Shown here piece by piece: positions 54,356 to 61,916 of a stretch of DNA of 64,000 nucleotides (positions are counted from its first letter, which is position 1; each line of letters opens with the position of its first letter). The notes under the pieces are model-generated. The model worked only from the letters and a program-made list of their open reading frames with translations, did no database searches and was not told the origin of the DNA. Location: IMG/VR virus record IMGVR_UViG_3300023202_000205, positions 1-64,000 of that record. The stretch is one strand, 5' to 3'. A program made the translations under genes and the position numbers. This DNA comes from a virus.

Positions 54356-56619
54356 CAACCAGCCTCATCCATGATGGGGGCAGCCCCCATACCGAAGTGT
54401 TCCGGGTCCCCGGCAAGGCTTCGCTTCTTGGAAAAGACAATGATGTCGCCGAGCTGCTCGAACACCGCCTTGAGGTTATCGACGAACTCAGCGAGATCGT
54501 TCTCCCCATAGCGCTCCTCGAAATCCTCGTAATGCCAATAGATCAGAAATAGCATCCGACCAATGCGGTCCATACCAGAAGTGATCGTAGGCAGGAACTT
54601 GTCGACCAGGTCCGTGGGAGTGTGATTCTTGATCAAGCTACCCAGCGCCGATGCGTCGAACACATCCTTCTGCCCCGTCTCGCCTGCTGTCTCGATAGCA
54701 GAGAACGTATTTGGCTCGCCCTCTGCGTCTCCACCACCGGCCCCAAACGGGGAGTAATATTGATAGAACTCCCTATTCTGAGGGGAACGAGCCTGGTTCA
54801 CCGTCTGAAACGGCACTGCTTGTTGGTGGAAGCTGGTTAAGAAGCCCCCCAAGTCGGTATCCTCGACTTCCGGGAAAGTCAACATCTCAGCAGCTTCTTT
54901 GGTAGTCGGACGATACTTGTACAACGAGATCGTCGGGGACGCTTCCTTGATGACTGTACGCGCGTCTTCCTCACTCAATCCCAGGTCCCGCATCATAAAC
55001 CGAATACCGTCAGCCTCTTTGCGGAAGTTGGCAGAAGTACCAGCAGTCTTGACCGTCACTTCCGTACCAGACCGCCACGCCCGCAGGTCCTCGGCAACCT
55101 TATCGAGTGCTTGGCGGATCGTGTTGTAGTTGCCGAAGTCCGCGCAATCCAAGATAGCGTCGTAGCGAGGCTCCTGATATCGCTCCACCTCATAAGGGCT
55201 TAGATCCCCCGTCTCGTCTACCTCTCGCATACGGAACTGATTGATCTTCAGCGCCCAGAAACGCTTACTGTTCACAATCAGGTAGTCCTTGGTATAGCTC
55301 GGAGCAGCGTCACCGGTCTCAGCCACGATCACCGAGTCGACCCGACAATTCGGGTCTCGCGGACGGCTACCAAAGTTGGGGACACCTGAGGCAGCCCCGC
55401 CGTTACCACCAACCCAGAGGTCCTTAAAGAGGTTATGAGGCGGGTTTCCATTGTTCCCCCGGGCTAGCCCCTCAACAGGGGCGCCTGCAGTCATGCAGTG
55501 TCGGTCATGGATGCGCAGAGTGGTAATGCCATCAACGCCCTTGTTGTTCTCTTTGATGCAGAAGCCAGCAGTAGACTCGCCGCTCTCAGAGATGAAGACC
55601 ACTACATCTTGGGGGCGAACATCGGCCGGATTACCTGCGTTCTCACTGAGCCAGTCGACCAACTCCTGGCGGCTATACTTACGCAGACACCACACCTCCG
55701 TACGGTCGATCTCACAGTATTTGCTGTTCTCTGGGTCGTAAACGAAGACGCAGTTGGTCAGCGTGTTTGATGGCGTAACTACCGCCAAACGAACAGAGCC
55801 GTCCTTCCAGAGGACATCGTACAACCCGCCTTCGGTGGGGTTCTCCAGACATTCTTCGGTCTCAGTGCGGTAGAGACGTGACTTGGAGACTTCCGGTCGG
55901 TTGTCGATGACCACCGTCCCACCTTCCAGGACGTCCTGCTTTTGCTCGTCAGTTAGTTCCTTGGCGCCCTCGTCAGTGACCGAATTGATGATCACCACCG
56001 CCTCTTCCTGGGCTTGCTTCTGTTGAGGAGCCGCGTCGGCCAGGTCGAGGTAATTGTAGCCAAACCTCTCGAAGTGATCGCGCAAACGAGGGTTAGCATC
56101 CAAAGCTTGCTTGAAGTAACCAGCCGCACCAATCTTACTCAGCTCCTCGGTCAGGCTGATGGATTCGACCTCGTCTTCACGATCACCCATCATGGCCTCG
56201 GCCAGCTTGAGATTGACCGAACCGCCACCGCCGGGAATGACCTTCATGCGGGTATAGTTTGGCACGTGGATACCACGCTCGTTACGAGAACGGGTATCAG
56301 GATCCCCAAGTCGGACCTGCCGACGGTCAATGATCGAACTCACCCACCCGTCCGTGAGTGGGACGAACAGATCAGACTTGACCGAGTACAGGCTATCTAG
56401 ACCTCTGATCTCTCCGTTCATGAAGAAAACAGGGGCGTAGTAGTAATCCTCGTCGATCTCGAAACCGAAGATACCAACTGCCCGCTGCCCGTCGTCCTCC
56501 TGCTTGAGCATCTGAAACCCGACCAGATAGTCGAGCAGGCTCTGACTCTTGTCACGCAGGTGAGAGTAGGCCAGATCGGAAAAAGTCTTCTCCAGCGCGG
56601 TTTCATTGGTCTGTGGCAT
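54355..56619 (-). CDS. Large probable head protein (K-x-A rich)
   Basis: 754 aa. NLKLAE, QKQAQ, DKVAE, VKTAG, IKEAS, TKEAA. Confidence 0.6.
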   Translation of the reverse strand: MPQTNETALEKTFSDLAYSHLRDKSQSLLDYLVGFQMLKQEDDGQRAVGIFGFEIDEDYYYAPVFFMNGEIRGLDSLYSVKSDLFVPLTDGWVSSIIDRRQVRLGDPDTRSRNERGIHVPNYTRMKVIPGGGGSVNLKLAEAMMGDREDEVESISLTEELSKIGAAGYFKQALDANPRLRDHFERFGYNYLDLADAAPQQKQAQEEAVVIINSVTDEGAKELTDEQKQDVLEGGTVVIDNRPEVSKSRLYRTETEECLENPTEGGLYDVLWKDGSVRLAVVTPSNTLTNCVFVYDPENSKYCEIDRTEVWCLRKYSRQELVDWLSENAGNPADVRPQDVVVFISESGESTAGFCIKENNKGVDGITTLRIHDRHCMTAGAPVEGLARGNNGNPPHNLFKDLWVGGNGGAASGVPNFGSRPRDPNCRVDSVIVAETGDAAPSYTKDYLIVNSKRFWALKINQFRMREVDETGDLSPYEVERYQEPRYDAILDCADFGNYNTIRQALDKVAEDLRAWRSGTEVTVKTAGTSANFRKEADGIRFMMRDLGLSEEDARTVIKEASPTISLYKYRPTTKEAAEMLTFPEVEDTDLGGFLTSFHQQAVPFQTVNQARSPQNREFYQYYSPFGAGGGDAEGEPNTFSAIETAGETGQKDVFDASALGSLIKNHTPTDLVDKFLPTITSGMDRIGRMLFLIYWHYEDFEERYGENDLAEFVDNLKAVFEQLGDIIVFSKKRSLAGDPEHFGMGAAPIMDEAG

Positions 56620-56680
56620 AGTTTCGTTCCATTACCTGAGTTGGAAAAGTCTACCTGGCCTGGGCTCGCGAGACAAGCGA

Positions 56681-58579
56681 TCAGCCTTCTTCGCCGTATT
56701 TACCGAGTTCCCCCAGCTGGGCTCCCAACCGCTCTGGTTGGCTAAAGGCTGGTACGAAGCTCGTGCTCTTGGTGTCTGACTCCGCCCCGCGATGGAGCGA
56801 CTTCTGAAACGCCCTGGCAGTGTAGAAGCCGGCCTGCCGTGTCTTCCAGTCAGGGTCGTTATAAACGCTGAGGACCCCCCGAACCATGTGTGGCTCGAAG
56901 TCAGGTTCATCATCGTGTGCGTACACACTGCGGATGTTGTACTTTTTCAGCTTATCGATGACCTTCGAGTTCACTCGAGTACCAGGTGTGTAGTGGAGTA
57001 CCGGCTCTTCCAGGTACTTGTCTTTAAGCTTGTTAACAGGTAGTTCCTGAGCGTTTCTACGCGGTTTGTACTTCGCCATGAGGCGTCCGTAGGGTACCAC
57101 ATCTCCGTAGATGTTGTCTTCGATACCATCGGGAGACGTTATCTGAGCCCAGTTCAGCAGCCCTGCAACCACCGACTCCACATTCCGACGGTGTGCTTTC
57201 ACACCCGAATTCTCCAGCGCCTCACGAAGATGTTGGGTGTAAATCCGCCTGGCCTCGCCCATACCCCGCAGCCTCACAAGATCGCCAGGGTGGGGTACGC
57301 CATCTGTCAGATCGTCTCCCTGCTCTACCTGGTCCCCTACTTTAACTGATACCTTCAAATCTGGGCCAGCGTAGTACTCCCTGTCCCCAACGGTGACGTA
57401 GTGACCACCTTGGGAAGCTTCCTTGATATCGTTGACCGCCCCCTCCTCTTCAACAAGAGGTCCGGATTCCGGAAAGTTCTGAGGTGCTTGGATCAATCGG
57501 TTGATGTACTCGAAACCACCACGAGTAGCTCTACCGCCTACCCCAGCAGTATGTTTGCTGGAAAGGGCCCCCTGGCTCAGCCGCTCTCCAATCGCCTGAG
57601 CTGCTGGAATACCGATGTTATCTCCCACCAAATGAAGCCCTCGACGAATACGTCGACCAGCGGCCTTGGCGCTAATACCCCCATCCTCGCTGATCTCCGT
57701 CAACGGACTATAGATGAGAATCTCATCACTCCCATCCTGTAGATCCTCAAGAATTTCGTCAGTCAAGATAGTACCGGCCGTATACTCCCCCGTGTCGTAA
57801 GCCAAGACGGCTCCGATGTTATCTTTATCTGACGGGTCCACCGGGAGCCCCGTTGGAAGACGGGACTGAACAGGTTCATCATGGGTGACCACCTGGCGAT
57901 GTGCTGCATTCACCAGTTGCTTGCTGAGATAACCGCTATCCGCCGTAGCGAGCTTGACGTCCAATTGGCCTTTTCGCTGTCCGTAAGAGGCTGCAAAGTA
58001 CTCAGCTGGGGTGAACCCTTCTGCGTAGCTATGGAGCAACGGCAGAGGAATGAAATCATCCTCCTGATCAGTCGCTAACAGATCAGCGCCTCGCAGACTG
58101 GCAAAAGACCCGGGATTCCCACGAGCTCCCGACTCAATTTGAACCGCAAACGGGGACCCCTCTTCCCGCGCCTCAGCCATGAGCGCCTCCTGCATGGGGC
58201 CACTGATTGGAAGCAGGGTCTCAACGATGGCGTTTTTACGCTCCTCATCAGTCAAGCTGTCGTCATCAATGATCGCTCGTACCTTTTTCCGAGCGGGCTC
58301 CAGGATCTCTTCCCGAGCCTTGGAACGGCGTAGCCCAGCGAGGTTCACCGAAAGACCTTCCGTCCAAACAGTCGTCTTACCGACCTCAGACAACTCCTGG
58401 AGGACCTCTTTGTACTGTTCCGGGTACTTATCGGCCAGCTCCATGAACAGCTTGTGAGTGCCCTTCTTATCGAGACGATGCTGCCCCTTACGCAACTCCT
58501 CGGGGAGCGCGTCATTGATCATGATCGTACCGATCGTGGTAATGCCTTTGCCGTCAGCCACTTGTCGACTGCTCCACAT
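56681..58579 (-). CDS. rpoC: RNA polymerase beta' subunit, C-terminal part (bridge helix, trigger loop)
   Basis: IESGARG, YGQRKGQLDVKLATADSGYLSKQLV (bridge helix), AAQAIGERLSQGALSSKH (trigger loop) and GVKAHRRNVESVV. Confidence 0.92.
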   Translation of the reverse strand: MWSSRQVADGKGITTIGTIMINDALPEELRKGQHRLDKKGTHKLFMELADKYPEQYKEVLQELSEVGKTTVWTEGLSVNLAGLRRSKAREEILEPARKKVRAIIDDDSLTDEERKNAIVETLLPISGPMQEALMAEAREEGSPFAVQIESGARGNPGSFASLRGADLLATDQEDDFIPLPLLHSYAEGFTPAEYFAASYGQRKGQLDVKLATADSGYLSKQLVNAAHRQVVTHDEPVQSRLPTGLPVDPSDKDNIGAVLAYDTGEYTAGTILTDEILEDLQDGSDEILIYSPLTEISEDGGISAKAAGRRIRRGLHLVGDNIGIPAAQAIGERLSQGALSSKHTAGVGGRATRGGFEYINRLIQAPQNFPESGPLVEEEGAVNDIKEASQGGHYVTVGDREYYAGPDLKVSVKVGDQVEQGDDLTDGVPHPGDLVRLRGMGEARRIYTQHLREALENSGVKAHRRNVESVVAGLLNWAQITSPDGIEDNIYGDVVPYGRLMAKYKPRRNAQELPVNKLKDKYLEEPVLHYTPGTRVNSKVIDKLKKYNIRSVYAHDDEPDFEPHMVRGVLSVYNDPDWKTRQAGFYTARAFQKSLHRGAESDTKSTSFVPAFSQPERLGAQLGELGKYGEEG

Positions 58580-58769
58580 TGATTCGCTTTACCTTTAGCT
58601 GCTCACAGCTACTGACAAAGTCTCGGTGCTCTAGATCAGAGTGGATGAGAATCCCTGCGTGTTCGTAAGTCAGCGCCACAGGCTCCCCAGTATCCGCAAA
58701 TACGGTCACCTGCGATACCGGCATTCGGTACCGCTTACCGTTCTCGTGGACTACTTCGACGTAGAACAT
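58554..58769 (-). CDS. Small hypothetical protein
   Basis: 71-aa ORF overlapping the beta'-C start. Confidence 0.55.
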   Translation of the reverse strand: MFYVEVVHENGKRYRMPVSQVTVFADTGEPVALTYEHAGILIHSDLEHRDFVSSCEQLKVKRINVEQSTSG

Positions 58770-58799
58770 GCATCAGCTCCAATAGTGTTCACGTGAACA

Positions 58800-60557
58800 C
58801 TATTTCTGCTCAGGTAGGGCAGGTCTCTTACCCCCACCAAACTGGGGAACCCCTGTGCCCAGCCGCCTGATAGGTTCACTTCCCACTGCCGGTTTGATAT
58901 CAGGCTTCTTGATGCGCTGTCGAGGCCTCAAGGTCCCACTATAGGTGACAGACGGATCAAGTGTCAGCGCACTGGCCACTAGATGTGGATTCTTCGCAAA
59001 AAGAGCCCCCATACGCCTTCCCCGGGACCCTCGTCCCAGATCGCTGAAATCGCCTGTGCTCATTGCCTGAGCTACTTCCTCACGGTTTCGGGCGATGAAG
59101 CGTTGGGCACTCCTCCCAAGATCGCCTCGTCGACGGAAACCATGGTGAACCTCCTGGGCCATCATAGCTGGGACCAACTGAGGATTGGTACTCGCCAAGT
59201 CACCCAACAAGCGGGCGCCACTACCCTCTATGCCCTCCAGCTCCCTCATCAAGCCACGGTCCTTCATGGCCCGCTCTCCCAAGCGCTGAATAGCAGTGGT
59301 GTCCCCACGCTCCTTGGCGCTCTCGAGCCGGCGGCGGTAGCGACTGTCGAATCGAACAGCCTTATCCAGGGCCTCTGCCCACGGTTGCTTCTGTAACTGG
59401 GCATAGGACTGCGCAGCTGGCTCAAGCAGCTTCTCAGCATCGGCTCCGAGCTGAGTACGGAGAACACCTGACTGACCTACCAGCTGCATAGCGGTCATTG
59501 GGTCAATGCCTTGCTGGTCAGCGATGTCGGCCGCCTTGGCCATTTGACGCGCGTCGATCATGCCACGCCGGGCAAGATCTCCCAGGTAGTTAGCTGACTG
59601 GATCAATTGTGAAGGATCCTCAGCGTAGCCCTGTCCGAGGCGGCTAGCCAACGACATCGCTCCACCAAAGGTCTGAGCAAGGCCCTGCTTGTGAAGTGCA
59701 TCAGCCGATTTGGCGATGTTGGCGGCATGCGCCATGTTCGCCCGATTACCCAGCCGCTCTCTGGCAAAGCCCATCGCGCTTGCCGCTAGCTGAGCAGGGA
59801 TCGGACGCCCCTCTTGGTTGAACCACCCTTGGTTATACGCTTGGCGAAAGTTTTGAATGTTCTGAGCGAAAAGACCCTCGTCGAAACGGCCTTCATTTTG
59901 GGCCATCGTCATCTTCACAAACGGGGAAAAATCGGCAATGAAGTTAGGGTCCATCGCGCTCAGAGTAGACGCAAGCTCGGGCACCGCAGGAGCTAACTGC
60001 CCATACATCATCCCTAGCTGCTGGGGCGGCATACTCTTGACCCAGCTAGTGGCCGCTTCGCCACTCAGCCCACCGAGCCAGTCCTGCCGGATATTCTTGG
60101 GGATCTTGTTGATCCACTCCCCCGCCATGTCCGCAATCCGACCGACGAGACGGCCACTCTCCTGGAACTGTCTGCCCATCATCTCACGATTAACACGAGC
60201 TGCTTCGCGGGTCGCCGCTGGATCGCCGCCGTACCCGACCTGGATAGGCTCCATCAGATCAAGGCCGGTTTTCTCCTTCACCCACGGAGCTACGAAGGGA
60301 AGCAATAGCGCTGGCGCCGTTCCCATCTCCCCCATCACGTTCTGCAAAAGGCTGATACCTATGCCAGCAGGACTGGTTGTATTGCCTTCCCGCCCTGCAA
60401 ACCCAGGTACTTGCTGACTCTCATATTGAGCGTGCTGAGCTCGACGTTGATTGACGTCAGGAAAAAATCCCCTGAAGCCACCCGGAGGCGGACCACCTGG
60501 TCTACCTGGTTGCTGCACCTGGGCGAACTTAGTAAGAGCTTTCTTACCTAACGTCAT
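58800..60557 (-). CDS. Helical A/Q/G-rich protein (tape-measure-like or ejection protein)
   Basis: 585 aa starting MTLGKKALTKFAQ, with helical low-complexity composition. Confidence 0.45.
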   Translation of the reverse strand: MTLGKKALTKFAQVQQPGRPGGPPPGGFRGFFPDVNQRRAQHAQYESQQVPGFAGREGNTTSPAGIGISLLQNVMGEMGTAPALLLPFVAPWVKEKTGLDLMEPIQVGYGGDPAATREAARVNREMMGRQFQESGRLVGRIADMAGEWINKIPKNIRQDWLGGLSGEAATSWVKSMPPQQLGMMYGQLAPAVPELASTLSAMDPNFIADFSPFVKMTMAQNEGRFDEGLFAQNIQNFRQAYNQGWFNQEGRPIPAQLAASAMGFARERLGNRANMAHAANIAKSADALHKQGLAQTFGGAMSLASRLGQGYAEDPSQLIQSANYLGDLARRGMIDARQMAKAADIADQQGIDPMTAMQLVGQSGVLRTQLGADAEKLLEPAAQSYAQLQKQPWAEALDKAVRFDSRYRRRLESAKERGDTTAIQRLGERAMKDRGLMRELEGIEGSGARLLGDLASTNPQLVPAMMAQEVHHGFRRRGDLGRSAQRFIARNREEVAQAMSTGDFSDLGRGSRGRRMGALFAKNPHLVASALTLDPSVTYSGTLRPRQRIKKPDIKPAVGSEPIRRLGTGVPQFGGGKRPALPEQK

Positions 60558-60576
60558 AACTGTGTTATCGCCTCAG

Positions 60577-61455
60577 TTAGGGTTTGTTCTTCTGAACAGT
60601 TTGTCTCGAGACACCCTTAGTAGTCCCACCAGTAACCTTGCGTCCACTCACCATGTTCTTCTGCCGTTCCTCGGCCTGCTCCCTGGCTTTACGACGGTTA
60701 CGTTCTGAGCGGTCCGTATGTCCCAGGCCCGACAAACGGCGGTTCCTCAAAGCCAAGTCGCTGGCCATCTGAGCGGCGCTCTGACTCTGTGCCAGCTTTG
60801 CTTTAACAGCCTCCCCAAGCTTGAGAGGGCCCCCCACCATATCCGGGCTGAACCCAGGCTGGCCAGTCACAGGCCCTGGTTGAGCTTCCGGAGGGGGCGG
60901 TTCTGCTTGTTCAGCAGCCTTCCCATCTCCCTCAGCAGCCTCTTGAGGCTTGGCCTTCCCAACCATCTCCAGCGCTTGTCTGACGATATCCATCGTGTTC
61001 TGCTGGATACCCTTCAAGGCTTCGACGTCTCCACCGGAAATAGAGGTGTCGCCCTCACCGCCCTCTTCCATGCCTTCCTCACCAGGAAGCGGGGGGAGTT
61101 CTTCTCCCCCAGGAAGTGGGGGAAGACCGGCCATAGGGTCTCCGCCACCGGCCGCCATAGGATCCAAAGGAGGAGCCCCACCGCCAGCAGCTGGATCCAT
61201 GGGCGGGGGAGGCATTCCACCACCCCCGGGAGGTGGTGCCCCGCCCATCATCGCAGGATCCATGGGAGCTCCGCCCATCATCGCCGGATCCATGGGAGCT
61301 CCGCCCCCACCCCCGCCGGGCGCGACAGGCATACCACCTGGCCCAGCGGCCTGCTGTCCTTGCTTGGCAGTCATCGGCACAAACGCCTGTTTCTGACGGT
61401 ATTCTTCCAACCGCTCTTGAAGCGCTCTTTTGAAGAATCGTGCGTGATTGGTCAT
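60577..61455 (-). CDS. Gly/Pro/Met-rich probable internal head protein
   Basis: RQKQAF, then GGAPMDPAMM repeats. Confidence 0.6.
   Translation of the reverse strand: MTNHARFFKRALQERLEEYRQKQAFVPMTAKQGQQAAGPGGMPVAPGGGGGGAPMDPAMMGGAPMDPAMMGGAPPPGGGGMPPPPMDPAAGGGAPPLDPMAAGGGDPMAGLPPLPGGEELPPLPGEEGMEEGGEGDTSISGGDVEALKGIQQNTMDIVRQALEMVGKAKPQEAAEGDGKAAEQAEPPPPEAQPGPVTGQPGFSPDMVGGPLKLGEAVKAKLAQSQSAAQMASDLALRNRRLSGLGHTDRSERNRRKAREQAEERQKNMVSGRKVTGGTTKGVSRQTVQKNKP
61241..61306. repeat. 30-bp tandem repeat encoding GGAPMDPAMM
   Basis: 61241-61270 and 61271-61300 differ at one base, followed by a partial third copy. Confidence 0.9.
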
Positions 61456-61496
61456 CGTTCCATCCTAACCAGTGTTGTAGTGTTGCCTGAGAGCCG

Positions 61497-61916
61497 TTAT
61501 TTTCGTCGGGAAAGAAGATAGGCCAGGATACCGCCTGCGCCTGAGCCACCCAAAGCCCCAAGCCCAGATACACCCAAATCACCCGCGAGGATTCCTGGGG
61601 CTGCACCCAAGGCACCCCCTAAACCGACTCCGGCGCCCGTGGCTCCCCCGGTAAGGGCTGACCGAAGGATAGCGTCACCACGATCCTCGTCCTCGTCCTT
61701 CTCGCGGAGAGCACCCACGAGCCCCCCAATGCCGGTTCCTATGATGCCGGGCAAAACAGGGGACAGAGCCATTCCCGTAGGGTTGAGCTTACCAGGACTC
61801 TTGAGGCGTATGGTAGGCTCATATGACGAAGGATCGAGATCCTCCCTCGAGATGTCGTACCCCGGGTGTGTGGCACCTAGTTTAGAGAGTCTGTGATACA
61901 TGTCCGTCGGGCTCAT
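61497..61916 (-). CDS. Glycine-zipper membrane-type protein (paralogue-like to 9101-9469)
   Basis: GTGIGGLVGAL-REKDEDED-RGDAILRSALTGGATGAGVGLGG. Confidence 0.7.
   Translation of the reverse strand: MSPTDMYHRLSKLGATHPGYDISREDLDPSSYEPTIRLKSPGKLNPTGMALSPVLPGIIGTGIGGLVGALREKDEDEDRGDAILRSALTGGATGAGVGLGGALGAAPGILAGDLGVSGLGALGGSGAGGILAYLLSRRK

Noticed and set aside
56632-56928. 98-aa minus-strand ORF overlapping the beta'-C end
   Set aside because: It is an alternative frame inside a well-supported gene, with no SD or motifs.
60718-61521. 267-aa plus-strand ORF over the Gly/Pro-rich gene
   Set aside because: It is antisense to a GC-rich low-complexity gene with an Arg/His/Ser-rich, non-protein-like composition.
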